Virus record (IMG/VR): IMGVR_UViG_2623621010_000003
Direction: 5' to 3' (one strand)
Length of the DNA: 64,000 nt
Source of the DNA: an uncultured virus (IMG/VR IMGVR_UViG_2623621010_000003)
Lineage: Duplodnaviria > Heunggongvirae > Uroviricota > Caudoviricetes
Shown piece after piece: positions 57,334 through 64,000 of the stretch. The notes under the pieces were generated by a model that did no database searches, had not been told where the DNA came from, and worked only from the letters and a program-made list of their open reading frames with translations. A program made the translations under genes and the position numbers. Within the stretch, counting starts at the first letter, position 1. Every line of letters starts with the position of its first letter.

Positions 57334-60300
57334 TTACCGTTTCGCATAGCCAGTTCGTTTCATATGATAAAGAAAGGCTTTTTGACCGTCTGGGCTATAT
57401 AGAAGTTCTTTTGCTTCATCCTCATTTTTAACCATAATGACTCGCAATTGGTTATCGATGACTTGTTTCTGTGACTGAGTAGCCTGCTCACGATAACCAT
57501 TCATTTTGGAACTTTGCATATTCAGGACTTTAGGAGCATCAAGGACCAATCCTCCATCTGCAAAACCATTCTTAATAGACTGGCGTAAAGCAAAGAACCC
57601 TGCTGGACCACCCAATGCTGCAATTTCTTCTTGCGTCAAGACACCTTCACCACGGTGAACAATACCAGCAGGCTCATACTTACCACCATAACCAGTGAAG
57701 CCACCACCTGCAAAGCCTTGAATAGCCATCGATGAAATAGTTGCCAAAGCAGGTACTAATGCAGTCATGACAGCCATACCGCCTGCGAACTTTTGCGGTA
57801 AGGTCATTGCACTTGGATCAGCAAATGCCTGTGTATATGCAGTCCAAGCCGCAACTACTGAAGATGCAACAGAAAATGCCTGCTGCATGGCAAACATTGT
57901 TCGGTATGAACCAGACTGCTCACCTGCACTATCTTTGACTGATTGAGTCAGTTGTGAAAATGTATTTTGTCCATTCGACAAAAGCCCTTGCCACATATCC
58001 AATTGCTGTTGGTACTGATCCAAAGCCATTTGCTTTGTACTGGCAAGGTAATCAGCATCCAAAGCCTTCATGTTTTCAAGATGGAGCTTCTTGGCTAACT
58101 CAATTAGCTCATAGCGCTTTTCAACCTCATCAGGTGCACCATATTCATTCCCAATTTGATTAACGCTATTTGTATAGCGGTCAAATTCAGCAGATTTAGC
58201 CTGCTTTGACGTAATACTTAGGCTTGTATTCTGATATTGAAGTGAGTTCTTGCCATACTTACTTACAACACCAAATAAAGAAATTGCATCCTCAGCATTT
58301 GCTAATTGCCCAAGTAAGTCATTTTTTGATGTATCGAACTTTTCCTTTTGGGCACGGCGATAGTTTTCAACATCCTCTTGATAAGCGATCTTTTGCTTTT
58401 CTGTATACTCCTTGATAGCAGTCTGATCACCTGCGAATGCTTTTTGAATAAGAAGCAACTTCTCCTTATTATCTTCAGCCATTTGCTCTTCTTCAGTGAA
58501 GTAAATTTGCATAACAGATTTTCTTCGTTCTTCTGCTTGCTTTTTTTCCTCCTCGATTTCGGCTTCGGTATCTTTGACTAATTCAACAGCAGCTTTAGCA
58601 TCTGAAACAGCTTCGGCATTGCCTTTATATCCAAGTACCGAAACATGTAAATGCCCACCTGTGGCTCGTGAAGATTTCTGCTTATACTCATCCAAAACAC
58701 GAATAACAAAACCATAGCTCTTTGCAAGTTTTTTAAGCTCCGCTACGGTTACAGCAGATTTAGCTGAATCGGCAATAGTGAAGTCAAAAGCATTTCCTGT
58801 CGCATGCTTGCTATTTGTTCCTTTGTGGTAGGTATCATTGAATGCGGTAAATCTCTTTAATTCATCTCCAAGTTGTTTTTGAGCCAGGTGTGCAAAATCA
58901 GCTGTATACGCTCTGATTTGCCCTCCTGCGATTGATTCAGCAGATTTAATTCTTAAACCACTGAGAGCTGAAGCACCAACCAACTTATTCAGCTTTTCCT
59001 GTGATTCAACTTGTTTGCGGTTTGATTCTTCAATTTTCTTCTCAGACTCTTCACGCGCCTTGGTTTGTTGTTGAAGCTTATAGCCTGCCTCAACTTGTTT
59101 AATTTCTTGAGCAGATAATGAAGCTCCTATAAAACTCAGCCCAGCGTTTTGTCGATAATCGGCAAAATATTCTGCCTTATCTCGACTCCAACCAGCAGCC
59201 ATATTCGCATCAATATAATTAGCTTTAGCAACTTGATCCTGAATATCCTTTAGCGCCTCTCGTTGCTTTTGGGTTAAGATTGAAAATGCACTAGCCTGAT
59301 CAACAATTGATCTGATATTTTCTTGATTTATTTTAGTACTTTCTTTAACTTTACCGTTATATGCAGCAAGGATAGATTTTGCATTATTGACTGCATTAGA
59401 CTCTTTGCCAACTGCCTCTGACTTACTATCAATACTTGATTTTGCAGCATTACTTACTGTCATCAAGCTATTAACTGCTGTAGCCAACTGATTTGAACTA
59501 ATTTTACCTTGTCGATACTGTTCGAAAAGTTGAGAGGCAATCTCACGGTCTTTTTCCGAAACTTGAGAATTACGTGTGATTGCATCTATAAGCCCAAGAA
59601 GCTCATTTCTTTGTTCTCGATAAACTTTATTGGCCTCGTTAAGTTCATCAGTTGCTTTTCGAGTGAGTACACGCTTCTGAGTGGCATCCAGCTTTTCATA
59701 TTCTGCTGTTAATTCAGCAATCGATTTACCCTGTGTACTTAAAGATGGATCTAAAGAATCGCTAGACTTTTTCATATACAGAAATGCTGCTCCAGCAGCA
59801 ATCCCCTGAACAGCTAGCATAGCTAAACCAGTTGGTCCACCAAGAAACGCCATTGCCCCCTGAAGCATCCCCATACTAGCTGCAGTTCCGGTAGCCCTAC
59901 CTTGAAGTGCCATTAATGATACTTCCATTACCCCTGCACGAATTGCAGCCATAGTAAATGTGCCTGCTAAAATTGCCCCCTGAACAACTAACTTAGTTGC
60001 TATCGCAGCGGTTAGTGCAAGAGCTACCGATTTAATATCATCCATATTATCGGATACAGTTTGAATTACTGGTACAACAGCATTCACAAAAGTCGCTTGC
60101 AAGCCTTCCCATTGTAAATTTAATAACTGGACATTTTCTTTAGCCAACACAAGGCTTTGAATCATATCATCTGACAAAATTGCATTGGCTCTTTCAGCAG
60201 CATCCCCCCATTTATTAAAGCCTTCACCACCATTTTCAAGCAATGGAATAAGCAGCGACGAATCAGAAATGATCGCTTCCATATAAAACTTCATATCATT

Positions 60301-60816
60301 CTGGGTAGCATTTACTTTTTGAAGCGAGTTGTAATACAACTGTAACGCCTCTGGACCTGAAAGTTTCTGAAATTGCTGAATGGTTACGCCAACTCTTGGG
60401 GCAATATTCTCAAAAAAGTCCGCCAATGGACCTCCACCAGATTGATGAAAATCACCAATACGATCCTGCATATCTTTCATTTTGTCTGCAAAAGACTCCA
60501 TTGAGATACCTGCTGTTTCAGCACCTTTTGCGTAATATTGGAAATCTCTAAAAGTAGTATTTGCCAATTGTGCAAATTTCTTAATATCACTGCCTGTTTG
60601 AATCGTTTGATCAGCAAAAGCAACTAAACCACCTACTGAAATTCCTGCGACAGCTGCGCCCAATGCAGTCGCAGCCACAGTTGCAACGCTAAAACTGTCT
60701 GCAATATTATTGCTTGAATTTCTTGCTTGACGTTCCGCTCTTGTCATTGGCCCAGTAAAACTCCCAATTCGTGCGACTAAATCTAGGGTTAGTCTGCCCA
60801 GTGAAGCTGCTGCCAT
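57334..60816 (-). CDS. tape measure protein
   Basis: SLGRLTLDL N-terminus; GFAGGGFTG.GGKYEPAGIVH.GE C-terminus. Confidence 0.9.
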   Translation of the reverse strand: MAAASLGRLTLDLVARIGSFTGPMTRAERQARNSSNNIADSFSVATVAATALGAAVAGISVGGLVAFADQTIQTGSDIKKFAQLANTTFRDFQYYAKGAETAGISMESFADKMKDMQDRIGDFHQSGGGPLADFFENIAPRVGVTIQQFQKLSGPEALQLYYNSLQKVNATQNDMKFYMEAIISDSSLLIPLLENGGEGFNKWGDAAERANAILSDDMIQSLVLAKENVQLLNLQWEGLQATFVNAVVPVIQTVSDNMDDIKSVALALTAAIATKLVVQGAILAGTFTMAAIRAGVMEVSLMALQGRATGTAASMGMLQGAMAFLGGPTGLAMLAVQGIAAGAAFLYMKKSSDSLDPSLSTQGKSIAELTAEYEKLDATQKRVLTRKATDELNEANKVYREQRNELLGLIDAITRNSQVSEKDREIASQLFEQYRQGKISSNQLATAVNSLMTVSNAAKSSIDSKSEAVGKESNAVNNAKSILAAYNGKVKESTKINQENIRSIVDQASAFSILTQKQREALKDIQDQVAKANYIDANMAAGWSRDKAEYFADYRQNAGLSFIGASLSAQEIKQVEAGYKLQQQTKAREESEKKIEESNRKQVESQEKLNKLVGASALSGLRIKSAESIAGGQIRAYTADFAHLAQKQLGDELKRFTAFNDTYHKGTNSKHATGNAFDFTIADSAKSAVTVAELKKLAKSYGFVIRVLDEYKQKSSRATGGHLHVSVLGYKGNAEAVSDAKAAVELVKDTEAEIEEEKKQAEERRKSVMQIYFTEEEQMAEDNKEKLLLIQKAFAGDQTAIKEYTEKQKIAYQEDVENYRRAQKEKFDTSKNDLLGQLANAEDAISLFGVVSKYGKNSLQYQNTSLSITSKQAKSAEFDRYTNSVNQIGNEYGAPDEVEKRYELIELAKKLHLENMKALDADYLASTKQMALDQYQQQLDMWQGLLSNGQNTFSQLTQSVKDSAGEQSGSYRTMFAMQQAFSVASSVVAAWTAYTQAFADPSAMTLPQKFAGGMAVMTALVPALATISSMAIQGFAGGGFTGYGGKYEPAGIVHRGEGVLTQEEIAALGGPAGFFALRQSIKNGFADGGLVLDAPKVLNMQSSKMNGYREQATQSQKQVIDNQLRVIMVKNEDEAKELLYSPDGQKAFLYHMKRTGYAKR

Positions 60817-60912
60817 AACTTTTCCTCAGGCAATAAAAAACCTCCTGAAGGAGGCTGTCTTTATTTATGATGCTCTATCTAGGAGCAGGAGAAACCAACC
60901 TAAGCTGATTCC

Positions 60913-61230
60913 TTACCCCGCACCAAAATTAGCTTCCATATATTCTTCAAGAGATATTTCCTTACGCTGTTCATTTGGCATGAAGTCATAAGGATCTACT
61001 TCCTTGTGAATCTTCAAGCTAGTGTAATGCGCTGTCCAGTTACCAAAAGCATGTTCGAGCCTACGCCCAAAAAATAAAGAGCCATACTTTTTACGGTAGG
61101 CTCTCCAAATGTTTAGTTCAGCATTGTTTATGTTTGCTTGCGCTTCTTCGATGGTACTTCCACCGATTCCGTTGAGGACAAGTTCGCACCAGAATTCATT
61201 TCGCTCGAATTCTTCTTCGGTGACTTTCCC
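60913..61230 (-). CDS. gpT-like extension of the tail assembly chaperone via -1 frameshift
   Basis: GGGAAAG slippery heptamer (61224-61230) as in lambda G-T; open -1 frame FWCELVLNGIGG.TIEEA...YGSL. Confidence 0.82.
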   Translation of the reverse strand, partial: GKVTEEEFERNEFWCELVLNGIGGSTIEEAQANINNAELNIWRAYRKKYGSLFFGRRLEHAFGNWTAHYTSLKIHKEVDPYDFMPNEQRKEISLEEYMEANFGAG

Positions 61231-61658
61231 GTAAAGTTGTTCACCTTGTCAGCTTCTTGATATACCGCATCAATGAACTTTGGATCAGAAGTATATACAT
61301 CAGTAAGTGAAGTGAAAAACGGCGTTCCTTTCCCATCTTCACAAATCGAACCAATCAAACGTGAAGCGACCAAACGACTACCATTGATTTCTTTTAACAC
61401 TGGGTCATCTGGGTTTGTCACGACATCCCATTCAAAAGCCTTTGCTACTTCTTGCTGAGCAATGAATGAAAGTCGCTTAATAAAGACCTGTCCTTCAAGT
61501 TCAACTTCATCACCGACAGTCATCTCCGATTTACTCGTAAGCTCTTTAAGGTCTTCAAGGTTCTCTTCTGTAGCAAATACCTTCCATGTTACTGTTCGCT
61601 CAATTGGCGCACCACTTTGGGTAACTTTTCGAAGGGCTTTAAGATTTGTTTTAGCCAT
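61128..61658 (-). CDS. tail assembly chaperone (gpG-like)
   Basis: Between tail tube and tape measure; ICEDG.G.P.F. Confidence 0.8.
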   Translation of the reverse strand: MAKTNLKALRKVTQSGAPIERTVTWKVFATEENLEDLKELTSKSEMTVGDEVELEGQVFIKRLSFIAQQEVAKAFEWDVVTNPDDPVLKEINGSRLVASRLIGSICEDGKGTPFFTSLTDVYTSDPKFIDAVYQEADKVNNFTGKSPKKNSSEMNSGANLSSTESVEVPSKKRKQT

Positions 61659-62125
61659 TATGGAATCACTCGCGGGGTTGTGATGACAGCGGATGTACGT
61701 ACCAAGGTGAAGGTGTAACCAATTAATGAGTCCTGTTCAACGGTTGGTGCTGCTGGGTTTAAGTAGCCTTGGAAAGACCACCAAATTCGTGTTTCAGGTA
61801 GATCAATACCTGTCGTAACATCATAAGTTGGCGGTGTTTGGTTATGACTGGAACCAACATACCACTCAACCTTTTCACCAGAATCAGCTAACGCGATAAG
61901 CTGTAAATGGCTTGCGTTTTCATCATCTAGGTCAATCTTAATGGAACCTTCACCAGGATCTCGTAAACCGCGCTCATAATCCTTCGTGTCTGAATCCAAG
62001 CAAGTTGCATCAATCTTAGAAAAGGAATCCTCTCCAAAAGTAAATGCTTTAGGGCAACTGAAGCGTACAACTGCACCTGCGATAACAGCAAATACTTGCG
62101 TACGTTGCGCTTTAATACGTGCCAT
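61658..62125 (-). CDS. major tail tube protein
   Basis: IDATCLDS..K.Y..GLRDPG. Confidence 0.85.
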   Translation of the reverse strand: MARIKAQRTQVFAVIAGAVVRFSCPKAFTFGEDSFSKIDATCLDSDTKDYERGLRDPGEGSIKIDLDDENASHLQLIALADSGEKVEWYVGSSHNQTPPTYDVTTGIDLPETRIWWSFQGYLNPAAPTVEQDSLIGYTFTLVRTSAVITTPRVIP

Positions 62126-62194
62126 GAGTAGCTACTCCTCTTTTTAGGCATAAAAAACCGCCCTTTAAGGCGGTTAAGTTGGAAAATAAATCTG

Positions 62195-62566
62195 TTATCT
62201 GTTTAACCACCAATTCGCATCAAACCCACGTCCAAAAACATTAGTATCGAGAATTCGCTCAAAATGGTTGGGGTGAATACTGGTTACATAACAATATGGT
62301 TCAAGTGCAGTACGAATGGCTGCTCGAATATCAGAAGCACGCTTTTGACTGCTGTCATAAACCACGATCTGGAATGAGACATGATCAATATCCGCTGCAC
62401 AGTCCAAGTTGTTTTCAGGATTTGCAGTCACAACTGACCAAACTGCATAAGGATATGTTGTGCCTGTTGGTGCAATATCCTCAAACACTTTTAAGGGGTT
62501 ATTCCCTAGTAATGCTGTGACATTTGAATCTGCTTTTAATGTTGGAACCACTGGAAGAATATTCAT
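62195..62566 (-). CDS. tail completion/terminator (DUF3168-like)
   Basis: AP....PYAVW.V....PEN.L; gene order. Confidence 0.8.
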   Translation of the reverse strand: MNILPVVPTLKADSNVTALLGNNPLKVFEDIAPTGTTYPYAVWSVVTANPENNLDCAADIDHVSFQIVVYDSSQKRASDIRAAIRTALEPYCYVTSIHPNHFERILDTNVFGRGFDANWWLNR

Positions 62567-63054
62567 AGTTTTGCAAGTTCCTTATCGAGCTCAGTACTAA
62601 AGTTCTGTGCAAATGAATCTGTCACAGCCTGAATATTGTTCTCTAAAGCAGGTCGCATAAATGGGGTTGGTGGTTGTCTGGATGTACCAAACTCTAGAAA
62701 TCTCCAATAAAATACGCGGCCATCAGTTTGGTAAGACTGACCTACTCTGCCTGATCGTCTATTTTGAGCATTGTTTGTATATGGAGTTCTTGCCCCACCA
62801 CGGACACCAACTCGCATAACCACAGTATTTTTGTCCCTAGACTTGCCAGGCTGCATTACAATTTCTTTATAGATTTGCTCTGATGTACTTGGATCATCTA
62901 AAGTCTTTGCATTGTTACGTGCTGCATCACGGACAATTGCCATAGCTTTACGCGCTGAACGCCTTGCAGCATTTTTTGCTAAACGTGGATTAGCCAAGGC
63001 TCTGAGCTTTCGCTCAATTTCATCCATCCCCGTTATTTCAACCTCAACAACCAT
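62563..63054 (-). CDS. HK97 gp10-family protein
   Basis: FYWRFLEFGTS.....PFMRPA. Confidence 0.88.
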   Translation of the reverse strand: MVVEVEITGMDEIERKLRALANPRLAKNAARRSARKAMAIVRDAARNNAKTLDDPSTSEQIYKEIVMQPGKSRDKNTVVMRVGVRGGARTPYTNNAQNRRSGRVGQSYQTDGRVFYWRFLEFGTSRQPPTPFMRPALENNIQAVTDSFAQNFSTELDKELAKL

Positions 63055-63057
63055 GGC

Positions 63058-63384
63058 CTACTCCATTACTGCAAGCTCCAACGTCATGTAGATCTTACCG
63101 TTCTCATTGTCAGGCTTAGGCGGCGAAACAATCTGAAAGGTGTATCCATCCCAAAGCACGCGCATTTCTGTGGTGATATCACTACGTTTACGTAGTTTTA
63201 AGCGTGCTGTAGTTTGTGAACCAGCAGCCTTGGCATTGATTGAGTCTTTAACTGATAAAAACTCAACCTTAGCCCAAAGCTTTTTGAACTCAGCCCACAT
63301 TTCTGTTTCGTAGTTGTTTTCATCGTAAGTGCTGGTTTTATTTTGGATCGTGACTCGGTGGCAGAGTTCTTGGGTTAAGTCCAT
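63058..63384 (-). CDS. head closure protein (head-tail adaptor)
   Basis: L.HRVTIQ, W.....WA.V, DIT..MRV. Confidence 0.85.
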   Translation of the reverse strand: MDLTQELCHRVTIQNKTSTYDENNYETEMWAEFKKLWAKVEFLSVKDSINAKAAGSQTTARLKLRKRSDITTEMRVLWDGYTFQIVSPPKPDNENGKIYMTLELAVME

Positions 63385-63387
63385 AAA

Positions 63388-63675
63388 TTAAACTCCCATT
63401 TCTCTGAATTTTTGCAACAATGACCAATAAGCCTGTGGTTTATCGTCTAAGCTTCGGCTGTAACGGTACTGAACAAAGATAAGGCGTGCAGAATCTAATG
63501 CTTCGTTATCAACCAAATCTGTTTCATTGATACGGTCTGCTTCATCAGCAATAATCTTGCGGTCTAGATCATTCTGAATTACGACGTTGGCTTCAGCAAT
63601 CCAGTCCTCTATAAGATCATCTTCAGTGTCATCGTCTACTCGACAATGCTTTTTAGCTTTCTGTAGATCGATCAT
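63388..63675 (-). CDS. head-tail connector (gp6-like)
   Basis: L..AK.HCRVD...EDDLI. Confidence 0.85.
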   Translation of the reverse strand: MIDLQKAKKHCRVDDDTEDDLIEDWIAEANVVIQNDLDRKIIADEADRINETDLVDNEALDSARLIFVQYRYSRSLDDKPQAYWSLLQKFREMGV

Positions 63676-63853
63676 CTGGTTTCACCTGCTTGGCTGGTGT
63701 TTTCTTAACTTTTGGCTCAACTACTTCAGAAGCTTCCGCTAATACCCCTTTAGCAACTAAATGCTTTACATCATTAGGATTGGCTTCTCGTTGTTCACCT
63801 GTACGATAGAATTTATCGCCATAGTGCTCGCGCTTAACTGTATAAATTGCCAT
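63653..63853 (-). CDS. small phage hypothetical protein
   Basis: ORF between capsid and connector. Confidence 0.65.
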   Translation of the reverse strand: MAIYTVKREHYGDKFYRTGEQREANPNDVKHLVAKGVLAEASEVVEPKVKKTPAKQVKPDDRSTES

Positions 63854-63899
63854 TTTAAACTCCAGAAATAAGGGGCTAAATGCCCCTTATTTAAATCGA

Positions 63900-64000
63900 T
63901 TAAGGTACAGGAACAATGTCACCATAGATGAATGCTTCAGGACGATACACCGCCAAAGCCAAGCGCTCTTCAGCAAGAATTGTTACCAAGTTTTTGATGA
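63900..64000 (-). CDS. HK97-type major capsid protein, C-terminal fragment
   Basis: KNLVTILAEERLALAVYRPEAF.YG*. Confidence 0.85.
   Translation of the reverse strand, partial: IKNLVTILAEERLALAVYRPEAFIYGDIVPVP

Larger units (their letters stand above)
43050..64000. mobile_element. lambda/HK97-like siphovirus prophage (partial, continues beyond the window)
   Basis: HK97 capsid C-terminus, head-tail genes, tail tube, TAC with GGGAAAG frameshift, tape measure, lysis cassette, all on the minus strand. Confidence 0.9.

Overview
The window holds two adjacent prophages, probably in an Acinetobacter-like host (inferred from protein families, base composition and pdif-type sites). (1) A complete P2/phiCTX-like myovirus prophage (~862-43049) is bounded by identical 45-bp copies of the 3' half of tRNA-Val(GAC). 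It has full head, tail, lysis, Ogr, immunity, primase-helicase and integrase modules and several AT-rich accessory loci: KAP NTPase plus putative Abi, an Imm41-like moron, three paralogous 2-TM coiled-coil proteins, a TM-WYL protein and a patatin. (2) The distal part of a lambda/HK97-like siphovirus prophage (43050 to the window end) has an antirepressor module, HigBA, lysis, tail and head-tail genes. A decayed third element may lie left of 862. Three observations stand out. First, XerC/XerD (pdif-like) sites bracket small orphan or immunity-like genes as cassettes inside both prophages, including a 3-gene array. Second, two paralogous C4-antisense-controlled Rha operons have different seed sequences. 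Third, both Rha proteins end in a domain homologous to the C-terminus of the phage's own primase-helicase. All calls are by eye from sequence motifs; no database searches were run.
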